Below the pieces are notes generated by a model. It saw only the letters and a list, made by a program, of their open reading frames with translations, ran no database searches and had not been told where the DNA came from. From a virus (taxonomy: Duplodnaviria > Caudoviricetes): a DNA stretch of 54,527 nucleotides. Below are positions 1 to 8,546 of this stretch, piece after piece. The translations under genes were made by a program, and so were the position numbers. The stretch covers positions 1-54,527 of IMG/VR virus record IMGVR_UViG_3300024496_000043; one strand, written 5' to 3'. Numbering within the stretch: the first letter of the stretch is position 1; each line of letters opens with the position of its first letter.

Positions 1-1
1 C

Positions 2-1183
2 TGGTGGTATATATTTTCTATATGTTTTAAATGCTTTTTCAGCACCATTAGCCAACATTTCTCCAGTAACAATAGCATTTGGATCTCTTTGTTTTATATA
101 ATTGTCACATATTTTTTTATATGCTTCCTTGTCTTCACTTTTTGTTAAATCTAAATCAGTAAAATCAATTGAGCCACCGGTTTTTACCGCTGGATCAATA
201 TATTGTTTAATATCTTCGCTAGTGATTCCCTTTGCTTTTAGATCGTCAACTAAACGATCTACCATTTCTTTGGTGATGGTTTCACCTCCATTGGAACCTG
301 AGACAGATGTAATTGATGGTGCACCGCTTATACCCTCTTTGTTAGAAACATGTAGATGGTTATAATGATTACCACCAGTATTTGTCTGCCATAGAACGGC
401 TTTAGGGTTACCACTTTCTGTATTCCAGCTATAACCCATGGAAACTAAGGCGTCCTTAACTCTGTCTCCGTATTCTTTAAATTTTTTATTTCCATAACCC
501 ACACCATTTAAAAGAGCAATATCAACAGCTGTACCGAAACCGTGTCTACTTAATTTACCACCTATTGTATATTTGCTGTGGCCAGTACTGGCAGTTGTAA
601 TTGTTATAACAACACCAGCCGCCTCGGCAGCAGATTGTAGGTCTGCTAATAATGCATCGTTTACTTCATCATGACGAGTATCGTAATCAACTTTAACATG
701 TGAATATGATTGATCTCCTATTTTTATAAAAGATTCTTCAATTTTTTCTACTATACTTTTGTCTTCTTTGTATTTTCTAACAGCTTCAGCCGTTTCGGGA
801 CCAAATAGTCCATCCGTACCAAATCTAGGTAATTGATAACCTAATATCTGAAGAGCGATTTGAACAGCTTCAACAGATTGTTGGTGTGTCATTGATCCAT
901 AGTCTTGTTGACTGACTGGTTCTTTAATGCTTTCTAGAATCTTATAAAAATCCTCTACATTATCTCCAATATAATCAGCTTTAGTTGTAATGTCCTCTGA
1001 TTTTTTAGTCACATCAACATCGCCACCTAAACCAGAAATAAAATCCTGTGCTGCTTTTACACCTTTTTCTAGATAAGATCCACCTTTTGATATCAAATCA
1101 TCTAAAAAATCTTCGTTTAGGCTTTCTTTCTCAAGTCTTTTCTTTAACCTTAATATTTGGTCTTCATTAAATACAAATCTCAT
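2..1183 (-). CDS. Partial (runs off window) peptidoglycan-binding domain + LAS/M15-like Zn metallopeptidase; probable virion-associated cell-wall hydrolase
   Basis: Not in ORF track; manual translation from ATG 1183: MRFVFNEDQILRLKK...VQIALQILGYQLPRFGTDGLFGPETAEAVRKY (PG_binding_1-like)...SRHGFGTAVD...NHLHVS (SxH-x-AxD...HxH); open to window edge. Confidence 0.75.
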   Translation of the reverse strand, partial: MRFVFNEDQILRLKKRLEKESLNEDFLDDLISKGGSYLEKGVKAAQDFISGLGGDVDVTKKSEDITTKADYIGDNVEDFYKILESIKEPVSQQDYGSMTHQQSVEAVQIALQILGYQLPRFGTDGLFGPETAEAVRKYKEDKSIVEKIEESFIKIGDQSYSHVKVDYDTRHDEVNDALLADLQSAAEAAGVVITITTASTGHSKYTIGGKLSRHGFGTAVDIALLNGVGYGNKKFKEYGDRVKDALVSMGYSWNTESGNPKAVLWQTNTGGNHYNHLHVSNKEGISGAPSITSVSGSNGGETITKEMVDRLVDDLKAKGITSEDIKQYIDPAVKTGGSIDFTDLDLTKSEDKEAYKKICDNYIKQRDPNAIVTGEMLANGAEKAFKTYRKYIPP

Positions 1184-1188
1184 AATTT

Positions 1189-1195
1189 ATAAATA
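1189..1195 (-). promoter_or_regulatory. TATTTAT motif upstream of start, candidate phage (late) promoter
   Basis: Same heptamer sits shortly upstream of starts at 1183, 5357, 14289, 14727, 30875, 39730 and 44528; AT-rich background limits significance. Confidence 0.4.
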
Positions 1196-1201
1196 TCACA
1201 T

Positions 1202-1600
1202 TTACCCAACTTTTATCCATTTTTGGGTTGAATCTAGTTTAAATGAACCGATATATTTTTGTTTCCATTGTTCTGGGGGAATTAGGGATAGAAAGGTTGT
1301 ATCATCGTTTCTCATATACAGATGATAAGTTTCGTTCATTACAGGAACAAAACTATAACTCGATGAATAAACGAGCTCATTCCAATTAACCTCATCAACA
1401 AGTTTGCGAAACTCTTCTTTAAGTTCTTCATATTTTGTTTGAAACTGTTTGTTTGCCACATTTGCTTGCATTTTTTTCCATCCGCCAACATCCTCTAACT
1501 TAATAGCCGGGGCGCCAACGTTTGAGCCATAGGTTAATTCTTTTGAATAATAACCCTTCTCCTCATCCCATACAACTAAATCTGGCTTTTTCTTTTTCAT
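1202..1600 (-). CDS. DUF2452-like protein
   Basis: FVPVMNETYHLY...FLSLIPPEQW motif recalled for DUF2452. Confidence 0.6.
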   Translation of the reverse strand: MKKKKPDLVVWDEEKGYYSKELTYGSNVGAPAIKLEDVGGWKKMQANVANKQFQTKYEELKEEFRKLVDEVNWNELVYSSSYSFVPVMNETYHLYMRNDDTTFLSLIPPEQWKQKYIGSFKLDSTQKWIKVG

Positions 1601-1800
1601 ACACCTCCTTCGGTATGTGCTTTATTGTCATCCCACTTTTCATTCTCCTCCCAAGGCGCTGTCTCTTCGCCCCAGTTTAAAAAATCTTCACCCTTATAAT
1701 CCGGATGATGTGTGTTCATGTAGTCAATACCTCTAACCCAGAAGTATGAAACGATTGCGGAAACAAATAGGGAAATCCCGATTGCGATTAAGTAGTTCAT
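1597..1800 (-). CDS. Small membrane protein, hypothetical
   Basis: N-terminal TM helix; ATGA overlap with next gene. Confidence 0.6.
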   Translation of the reverse strand: MNYLIAIGISLFVSAIVSYFWVRGIDYMNTHHPDYKGEDFLNWGEETAPWEENEKWDDNKAHTEGGV

Positions 1801-1806
1801 ATTGTT

Positions 1807-2403
1807 TTATATTAAAAATTTTAAAATCTTTTCTTTGATCCCACTCTGCTTAATCCCTTCTGATCCAAAAGGTGTCTCAACAAAATTGTCTAAACCCCAA
1901 TCGTGCACAAAGGGAACACTATAATCAAGTCCAGTTTTACCCATTCTCAAATCATCAATCGATACCCAATGAGTTATTTCAGGGTGATCAATAAGATATT
2001 GTCTAATCTCAATTGATCTGGTCTGTTCCAATTCCCATTCACGTGACCACATAAATCCGCCAGGATAAGCCTCAATAATCCAATCACATTGTCCTAGGTT
2101 AGGTGTGAAATCGATAGGTTTTTTAATGATCCCCTGTTGTTCATAGTATTCGCCCATTTGCTCAACATTCGCCCATCTCTTCCAATCAGAACTAACAACA
2201 ATTTCAGCACCAGTCTCTTCCAATATTGAATTAAGAACTTTAATCGCTTTATCATCGAAGTCATCAAAACGATATTCCAAAGGAATCTCATCGTTACTCA
2301 TAGACAACTTACGCCCTCCCCACTTTTTTTGTTTCTTGAAACGTCCACCCCAGTTATTGGATAAACAAATCACACCATCATGGTCTAGAAATATTACCTT
2401 CAT
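1807..2403 (-). CDS. HAD-superfamily phosphatase (Swiss-Army-knife RNA-repair-type HAD)
   Basis: FLDHDGV motif I, VVSSDW motif II, SIDD motif IV. Confidence 0.75.
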   Translation of the reverse strand: MKVIFLDHDGVICLSNNWGGRFKKQKKWGGRKLSMSNDEIPLEYRFDDFDDKAIKVLNSILEETGAEIVVSSDWKRWANVEQMGEYYEQQGIIKKPIDFTPNLGQCDWIIEAYPGGFMWSREWELEQTRSIEIRQYLIDHPEITHWVSIDDLRMGKTGLDYSVPFVHDWGLDNFVETPFGSEGIKQSGIKEKILKFLI

Positions 2404-2716
2404 TTTTTCTTCTTTTAAGTAGTAAATTAAATGTACTTAAAATTCCTAAAAACATGAAGACTTGAACTGGCCAATATGGCAAGTTTTGTAGCTCATGTAA
2501 CATCCAAAAGATGTTCATAAAAAGCCAAGATAAAAGAACCAAGTTAGAATCTTTAGATTCTTTATCCGTTATAAAAATATAGATAGCCAATAATGCTGTT
2601 GGTAAAACCATAGTCGTCGCCATCCAAGTCCACTTTAATGTCCAAAAGATATCCTTAAGCAGCCACGAAATTACATGGATTTCATGAATATTCAAAATTT
2701 TTTTATGAATTTTCAT
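2378..2716 (-). CDS. Multi-pass membrane protein, hypothetical
   Basis: About four hydrophobic segments; start trimmed to MKIHKK. Confidence 0.55.
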   Translation of the reverse strand: MKIHKKILNIHEIHVISWLLKDIFWTLKWTWMATTMVLPTALLAIYIFITDKESKDSNLVLLSWLFMNIFWMLHELQNLPYWPVQVFMFLGILSTFNLLLKRRKNEGNISRP

Positions 2717-3128
2717 TAATATATTCCAGTTGTGGGTTCCAAACACCTTCAGATGTTATTTTAGGTGCACCATTTCTGTCAATCATAACCCATTCATATT
2801 TCACAATACCCCAAGATTCAAACTGTTCTAATACGTCTTCTAGGGTAAAGCATTTGCATGAGTAGATATCAAACTGAGCCATAGCTGGATTATAATGATC
2901 CCAAATATGGATTGATGCATGCGACGTTGCTAATGTTACGGTACCTGTTAAACCCTCATTTCCTGGGTAATCGACATAAACACTAGTTGGTCCAGCCACC
3001 ACTTCCATTCTTACTTTGTGTACTAAATCAACAAACCATTTATTGAGAACTTCCACGTCTTTCGGTGGGTTTTGAATCCAAATCTTCATTAAAAGATGTT
3101 GGTGATAAGGGACAAACTCTTCTTGCAT
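2703..3128 (-). CDS. speD: Pyruvoyl-dependent S-adenosylmethionine decarboxylase-family proenzyme
   Basis: GLTGTVTLATSHASIHIW...FDIYSC matches AdoMetDC signature (canonical ESH here TSH). Confidence 0.8.
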   Translation of the reverse strand: MQEEFVPYHQHLLMKIWIQNPPKDVEVLNKWFVDLVHKVRMEVVAGPTSVYVDYPGNEGLTGTVTLATSHASIHIWDHYNPAMAQFDIYSCKCFTLEDVLEQFESWGIVKYEWVMIDRNGAPKITSEGVWNPQLEYINENS

Positions 3129-3175
3129 TAATATGTAATTTTACATTACATATATATCATGGAAATTGTAATATT

Positions 3176-3529
3176 CTAAGAATTTGCACTAAAATATATT
3201 TTAACCGGGAATTCACCAAAAACAAACTTGGTGACATCACAAAGCCAAAGTCTTAATGAGTAGGGGACACCTCTAAACTCGTTTAAACAATACCATGCAC
3301 CTTCGCCATATTCTGGACCTTCTAGTAACCCCTGACACTCATAATGTAATGTATCTGACCCTTCAAATTGATTCTTTGATAAGGTTACATAAACATTATC
3401 TTCACCTTGTGATAATATGTCTAAGAATGTATCGGCTCCCATAACCATTTGTAAATCGCTTTTATCTCCTTCCCATCCAGGCAGATCTATGAACCACCCA
3501 TCATCTTTATAAAATCGATAAATTCTCAT
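3176..3529 (-). CDS. Conserved hypothetical (DUF6717-like)
   Basis: WFIDLP...DLQMVMGADTFLD...LWLCDVTKFVFG. Confidence 0.5.
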   Translation of the reverse strand: MRIYRFYKDDGWFIDLPGWEGDKSDLQMVMGADTFLDILSQGEDNVYVTLSKNQFEGSDTLHYECQGLLEGPEYGEGAWYCLNEFRGVPYSLRLWLCDVTKFVFGEFPVKIYFSANS

Positions 3530-4206
3530 TTATTATATTTTTTAAAGTTGTTGATAAAATCTTTTTCATATCTGCTAAGCTCTTTGGTATCTAAACCATT
3601 ATATAACCCAGTAGACATGAATGCTTGGATCTCATCATCAATTATTTTCTTATCATTGTTATAACCCATCTTCACAATCTTTTTTGTTAACTTATCATAG
3701 TGTGATGGTTTTATATTTGAAATTAATTCGTTACAATTTTTTTTATATTCTTTGTTTGTGTAATATAAGCCATGTGCAATTTCATGATCCATAGTCTTAG
3801 ATTTAAAACTATCTGCACCAATCAAATACCATTTAGTTCTCGGCTTATTATATCTAAGAGGGTAGTTTTCGCAGTGATACCAAATATCACTCATGATTTC
3901 ATCATATGGCCCCTTGTCCTTATTGAATGCATTCAATCCTTTTTCTACCACGTTTGATGGGATGTTAAAGCCACTCCAATCTTCTGGGTATGTGAATAAG
4001 TTTTTCTTCCACCTATTCCTATAGACCACCATATATTTTTCCCAGCTAAAAAATTTACCCCTTATTTCTTCATAAGGAGATTCGTAAAATTCTTGATACC
4101 TACAGAACAACATTGTTCGTTGGTAATTATCTTTTATTGATACCGCAAATATCTGTGGTCTTATTTGTTTAACTTCACCGACTACGAAGTCATTTTTAAT
4201 TTTCAT
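3526..4206 (-). CDS. Putative zincin-motif (HExxH) protein
   Basis: DHEIAHG plus downstream DEIQA. Confidence 0.55.
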   Translation of the reverse strand: MKIKNDFVVGEVKQIRPQIFAVSIKDNYQRTMLFCRYQEFYESPYEEIRGKFFSWEKYMVVYRNRWKKNLFTYPEDWSGFNIPSNVVEKGLNAFNKDKGPYDEIMSDIWYHCENYPLRYNKPRTKWYLIGADSFKSKTMDHEIAHGLYYTNKEYKKNCNELISNIKPSHYDKLTKKIVKMGYNNDKKIIDDEIQAFMSTGLYNGLDTKELSRYEKDFINNFKKYNK

Positions 4207-4465
4207 AAATAAATTTTTTACCGATTTTCATAATCACCTCTTCTTCTTCAGGTGTTAATCTATGGTACTTACCATGTATAGCGTTAAGATGTTCTTCAAA
4301 CATCTTTTCACCTAATGATAGTGTTGGTGATGGTGTGGTATCACTCTTGTTAATATACCCGTCTTCAACCAGGGCTTTTATCAAATCTTCTTTTTCGCTT
4401 TCAGAGCATGCGGAAAGGAACTCATCAACATCGATGTCTACATCGTCTACATAAAATGATGGCAT
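4196..4465 (-). CDS. Acidic hypothetical protein
   Basis: Tightly packed ORF in operon. Confidence 0.6.
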   Translation of the reverse strand: MPSFYVDDVDIDVDEFLSACSESEKEDLIKALVEDGYINKSDTTPSPTLSLGEKMFEEHLNAIHGKYHRLTPEEEEVIMKIGKKFIYEN

Positions 4466-4471
4466 AGCTTT

Positions 4472-4807
4472 TTAATTTAAAAGATTTCTAACAATTATTG
4501 TTAGGGATATTACTATCCAAATAGTATTAAAAATAATTAGGGTTGGTAATGACTTTCTCATACTTGCCCAGATCAATAGTGAAGAGGTCGCAAGTGTTAA
4601 AAAATGAAAATACCATAGCTCAATACCAAATATTAAACCGGGTACAATAATAATGGCTTTAGCCATCCAGGAAGTAAACTCTATTATATTGTAATCGGTC
4701 CAATACTTTTTATCTTTGAACATTATTAAACGTTCCCAGATTTTTCCAAATCCAATAAACGCGTAGAGAGCTGTAATAAATGTTGCGTAAACTATAAAAT
4801 AAATCAT
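4472..4807 (-). CDS. Membrane protein, hypothetical
   Basis: Three to four TM segments. Confidence 0.6.
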   Translation of the reverse strand: MIYFIVYATFITALYAFIGFGKIWERLIMFKDKKYWTDYNIIEFTSWMAKAIIIVPGLIFGIELWYFHFLTLATSSLLIWASMRKSLPTLIIFNTIWIVISLTIIVRNLLN

Positions 4808-4812
4808 AGTTT

Positions 4813-4820
4813 AATATAAG
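4813..4820 (-). promoter_or_regulatory. CTTATATT motif, candidate -7-type promoter element
   Basis: Also at 6874-6881, 28613-28620, 32033-32040, 49108-49115 (-) and 14669-14676 (+), each intergenic and upstream of a start. Confidence 0.5.
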
Positions 4821-4842
4821 AAAAAAAAGTGAAATAAAAAAA

Positions 4843-5172
4843 TTATAATGCAAAACTTTCGCCGCATCCACAAGTTCGAGATGCGTTAGGGTTAACCCAA
4901 TGAAACCCTTTCCCGTTTAATCCATCTGAATAGTCTAACTGAGTACCGAAAAGATATAAAACGGATTTTTTATCTATGACAACTTTTAGTGCACCAAGAT
5001 CAATAATATCATCAGTCGCCTCAACAGTATCATCAAAGTCCATTACATATGATAAACCGCTACATCCACCACCCTTAACACCAACTCTAAGATGATGAGT
5101 GTCTGGGGTAAGTCCCTCGTTTACCATTATTTCTAACAAATGATTTAATGCCTTTTCAGAAACCGTAACCAT
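4843..5172 (-). CDS. iscA: A-type Fe-S cluster carrier (IscA/SufA/HesB family)
   Basis: GVKGGGCSGLSY and C-terminal CGCGESF signatures. Confidence 0.9.
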   Translation of the reverse strand: MVTVSEKALNHLLEIMVNEGLTPDTHHLRVGVKGGGCSGLSYVMDFDDTVEATDDIIDLGALKVVIDKKSVLYLFGTQLDYSDGLNGKGFHWVNPNASRTCGCGESFAL

Positions 5173-5357
5173 TATTTTAAATCTTTAATCTTTAGCAGGG
5201 AATCAATTGTTTTCTTATCTGCTTTTATTTCTTGAATAGTGTGAACTTCCTTTCTTAATTTAGCTAATTCCTTTTGTTGGAAATAACAAACAAGTAAAAG
5301 AGCCACAGCACCACCCATCGTTATATTTTTTTGGTTTTTTTTAAAAAATTCTATCAT
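5172..5357 (-). CDS. Small TM/coiled-coil hypothetical protein
   Basis: Start trimmed to MIEFFKK (ATG 5357) to avoid overlap. Confidence 0.5.
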   Translation of the reverse strand: MIEFFKKNQKNITMGGAVALLLVCYFQQKELAKLRKEVHTIQEIKADKKTIDSLLKIKDLK

Positions 5358-5370
5358 GATTATAAATATT

Positions 5371-5616
5371 TTAATCCAACAATTCGTCGGTATTGATGCT
5401 GTGATCGTCAAGAATTTCATATATCTTTTCAAAAACCATATCAAGTGCTTCGTACTTATCAAGCTCTTTGCCATCCATAGACCATTCTAAAGACTTCCTG
5501 GTGTTGTGTGTTATATCCCAAAGGGCTGATGCCATATCCAATGATTTGATAGCTCTGAAATGAGCTTTTCTATCATCGGGGTCATCCATATCAAATTTTA
5601 AGATTGCTTCCGCCAT
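5371..5616 (-). CDS. Hypothetical phage protein
   Basis: ORF in packed array. Confidence 0.6.
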   Translation of the reverse strand: MAEAILKFDMDDPDDRKAHFRAIKSLDMASALWDITHNTRKSLEWSMDGKELDKYEALDMVFEKIYEILDDHSINTDELLD

Positions 5617-5750
5617 AAGTCACTTAATTTTCTTGCTGGTCTTTTTGTTATCAATTTGCCATCATCTTTTTCCTCCATCAATGGTGCCCTCCATATTTCA
5701 TAAGCCATCCATAATGTTGTGATGATTGCTACTAGGATTAGATATTTCAT
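5598..5750 (-). CDS. Small membrane protein, hypothetical
   Basis: Start trimmed to MKYLIL. Confidence 0.5.
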   Translation of the reverse strand: MKYLILVAIITTLWMAYEIWRAPLMEEKDDGKLITKRPARKLSDLWRKQS

Positions 5751-5761
5751 ATTAATGGTTT

Positions 5762-6091
5762 TTATTGCATTTGCATAAAATATTTTGTTTTCCAAAACTG
5801 CCACCATTTTCTTTTCACAATTGGTTTACATTCAGAAAATGGATTGTTCCCAAATGAAACCGTGTTTAGATATTTCGATGTTAATACATTTAAAAATATC
5901 TCGTGATATTTTTTGGGGATCTCATCAAAATCTGCTGTTATTTTAACATTCAAAAATTGTGGCCCGTCTTCGGAATGAACAATAAGCTGCTCATTCAATG
6001 TAATTACTGTACTTGCTTTAATGTTAACATATCCCGAATTACCTAGATTTAATTCTCCGGTAATATGTTTTTTAAATTCTTCATCTGACAT
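5762..6091 (-). CDS. Hypothetical protein ending KRKWWQFWK
   Basis: ORF in packed array. Confidence 0.6.
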   Translation of the reverse strand: MSDEEFKKHITGELNLGNSGYVNIKASTVITLNEQLIVHSEDGPQFLNVKITADFDEIPKKYHEIFLNVLTSKYLNTVSFGNNPFSECKPIVKRKWWQFWKTKYFMQMQ

Positions 6092-6092
6092 A

Positions 6093-6395
6093 TTATTCTG
6101 TTTCGTGGTACATCCATTCTTCCATCTCTTTACCCAATTTAGGGTTAACTTCTTTAAGATGTTCTAATGTTAATTCGTATCTACCTGAGTTTGTTTTTTC
6201 AATAAACAATTCGTCATGTAGACTATCAATTCTGTTTTGCAATTCAGCTTTTTGAATGTCACCCCCAGAAATAAATCCGTTATCGGTTTGGCATTGTTTG
6301 AGCTCTTCTTTTTGATTTAAGTACTGGACTAGCAATGTTATAAATGCTAGGGTAACCAATACCAAATAAAATCTAACTTGTGTTAAAATTTTCAT
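6093..6395 (-). CDS. TM-anchored coiled-coil protein
   Basis: N-terminal TM; tail similar in pattern to 13202-13567 (DSL...RYE...EHLK). Confidence 0.6.
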   Translation of the reverse strand: MKILTQVRFYLVLVTLAFITLLVQYLNQKEELKQCQTDNGFISGGDIQKAELQNRIDSLHDELFIEKTNSGRYELTLEHLKEVNPKLGKEMEEWMYHETE

Positions 6396-6658
6396 AGTTT
6401 TTGTATTTCCATTAATAATTCTGTTACCTCTTCTTCAGAAAGATACCCTCTAACATCACCATGCGCCACTGGATTATCATAATGAAGCTCATCGTCAAAT
6501 AAAACAGCGAGTTCATACAACCCATCTTTGCCGCCATATGACATATCGTGAGAAACAACAGAAGCACCAAACCCATTTTCAAAATGAATCCTTGCTTTTT
6601 TACCTGACATAAGTGGAGATGTCATTGTCTCGAACTGAAGATCGTTAAATGTTTTCAT
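6392..6658 (-). CDS. Conserved phage hypothetical protein
   Basis: FENGFGASVV...YGG..GLYELAV...DVRGYLS pattern; start trimmed to MKTFND. Confidence 0.6.
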   Translation of the reverse strand: MKTFNDLQFETMTSPLMSGKKARIHFENGFGASVVSHDMSYGGKDGLYELAVLFDDELHYDNPVAHGDVRGYLSEEEVTELLMEIQKL

Positions 6659-6702
6659 TTTTAGTTTTTTTACGAATGCTGAAATTAAATAATGATTCAT
6701 AA

Positions 6703-6867
6703 TTAAAAAATTTCCTCGGCGATGCCTAAGGCTTCGGCGATGATTAATAATGCTCCGGCAGACATATAATCACCATTCCATAGGGTTATACCTGCCGCAA
6801 TTCTAAAACCAGATTTAACTAAACTGATCCAGAAATGTGTACTTGACTTTGATTCTTTTTCTTGCAT
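6703..6867 (-). CDS. Small membrane protein (54 aa)
   Basis: Below ORF-track cutoff; manual: MQEKESKSSTHFWISLVKSGFRIAAGITLWNGDYMSAGALLIIAEALGIAEEIF; preceded by CTTATATT. Confidence 0.65.
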   Translation of the reverse strand: MQEKESKSSTHFWISLVKSGFRIAAGITLWNGDYMSAGALLIIAEALGIAEEIF

Positions 6868-6903
6868 AATTCTAATATAAGATTATTTTTTGAAAATACC
6901 AAA

Positions 6904-7023
6904 TCACCTAACCAACATTGAAATTAAAACCAATTTAAGGTGTTTGATCCAGCCGGATAAAGTGTTTTCTCTTTGGTAATCTTTGTACTTTTCTTGGTAG
7001 TACTCTCTGCTATATTTTTTCAT
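6904..7023 (-). CDS. Small hypothetical (39 aa)
   Basis: Manual: MKKYSREYYQEKYKDYQRENTLSGWIKHLKLVLISMLVR. Confidence 0.4.
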   Translation of the reverse strand: MKKYSREYYQEKYKDYQRENTLSGWIKHLKLVLISMLVR

Positions 7024-7097
7024 ATTAAAGCTGTTTAAATCCGAACGCTAATTTATGTAAAAATACTTAGAATGAAAAAATATTTTTTGATATTTTT

Positions 7098-8495
7098 TTA
7101 ACTAATTGATTTTGAATTAGTTATAATATCATATTTTTCTTTAATTGGGTTAACTTCTTTGTATTTCTCCATTTTAACACTGAAAATATCAACCGCATCA
7201 TCAAATTCTTTTGGTGGGGTGGAATTTGCTTTACCTCTGTGTTGATTTAGATGTCCCTTTCTATATTGAATGTTTATTCTCTTGTTGCCTAATGATATTG
7301 ATGCATGTATGTATAATGACCCAACATTAAATTGTTTGGCCATACAATTCTTCATTATCATGCCCTCAATCTTAAATTGGTCTTCTGTTAAAATTAGTGC
7401 CGGCTTAAAAATCTTACCGTTAAATTCGATCGGTTCCTCCAAATCTTTTACCATATCTTCTGGTAATGTATATTTTAACTTGTAACCGAGTTTAAAATGC
7501 TTTTTGTGTAGCTCCCAACTATCCTTTAACGAAATCAAATGATGGCAATTATTTGCTTTTATTTTTACATTTAATCCATTACTTTTTAAAAACTCTTTTA
7601 AAACAAATAATTCTTGTATTGTATTGAGTATACCATCACTGGTGATTGCATCAACTTCATTATATTTTTTTAAAGATCTTGCGAGTGCTTTCTTTTCAGA
7701 TTCATCTTCACAAACAAATAACTTATTTGTTTTCATGTATTCTAAACAAATAGTTTCCCAATCAAATTCTCTAATATAGTCGACATAGTTCTCACCAAAC
7801 AGTGTGCACAAAAATCTAACTGATTTAAAATTGATTTTGGGTATTGATGGTTTCCTACTTGATAAAGCGCCGACCAGGTATTTGCTTTTGATATTAAACT
7901 GTTCTAGCACAGCTGGGACAAACTTGTTGTCATTTGCTTTAAGATATTTCTTTTTAGGGTAAGCTTCACATATATCCCAATAAACACAATCGTGGCCTTT
8001 TATTCCTTTCATCTTTAAATGATAATCTAACAATATATCATATAAAGGATTTACCCTATGGTCTTTATCTTGTTGAATGTCGCTTAAGCCTAGATCCGCA
8101 ATAATTAATTTGTAGATATCTAAGCATGCTCTTTTATACTTAACACCCCAGAAATTATGTCTCTTCTCTCCAGTAAAAAAACCTCTGCTTGTTAATTCAA
8201 TTAACATATCAAAGTTGTTTCTTTTAGCCCTAATAATATTCCTATGAAGAACATAATTGTTCTCTTTCTTATTTATTAGCCTATATATAACATTGATATC
8301 TCCATTTGTTTTATTAACTGTTAATCCATGTTCATATGTTAGATAATTTTTTCTACCCAATCTAGCATATTCTATATAGAATTCTGAAGTGAATAAAAGA
8401 AAATCATTATCAGAAGCCAACTTTAGTTTACATAAATTTTTTAGTGGCTTATTCCTCTCAAACTTCTCTTGTTCATGATAAAATAAAACTTCCAT
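7098..8495 (-). CDS. PcfJ-like domain protein
   Basis: C-terminal EGMIMKNCMA...QHRGKANS. Confidence 0.6.
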   Translation of the reverse strand: MEVLFYHEQEKFERNKPLKNLCKLKLASDNDFLLFTSEFYIEYARLGRKNYLTYEHGLTVNKTNGDINVIYRLINKKENNYVLHRNIIRAKRNNFDMLIELTSRGFFTGEKRHNFWGVKYKRACLDIYKLIIADLGLSDIQQDKDHRVNPLYDILLDYHLKMKGIKGHDCVYWDICEAYPKKKYLKANDNKFVPAVLEQFNIKSKYLVGALSSRKPSIPKINFKSVRFLCTLFGENYVDYIREFDWETICLEYMKTNKLFVCEDESEKKALARSLKKYNEVDAITSDGILNTIQELFVLKEFLKSNGLNVKIKANNCHHLISLKDSWELHKKHFKLGYKLKYTLPEDMVKDLEEPIEFNGKIFKPALILTEDQFKIEGMIMKNCMAKQFNVGSLYIHASISLGNKRINIQYRKGHLNQHRGKANSTPPKEFDDAVDIFSVKMEKYKEVNPIKEKYDIITNSKSIS

Positions 8496-8528
8496 CTACA
8501 TCTTAGTTTACCTAAAATATAGATGGAA
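8490..8528 (-). promoter_or_regulatory. 17-bp RNA hairpin sequestering the start codon of 7098-8495
   Basis: Minus strand TTCCATCTATATTTTAG-GTAAA-CTAAGATGTAGATGGAA: 15 Watson-Crick + 2 GU pairs. Confidence 0.65.
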
Positions 8529-8546
8529 ATTATGAATTAATAAACC

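Noticed and set aside
1807-2403. HAD protein ending KILKFLI as another tag carrier
   Set aside because: Looks like the ordinary terminal helix of the domain and lies far from the cluster; ambiguous, not counted
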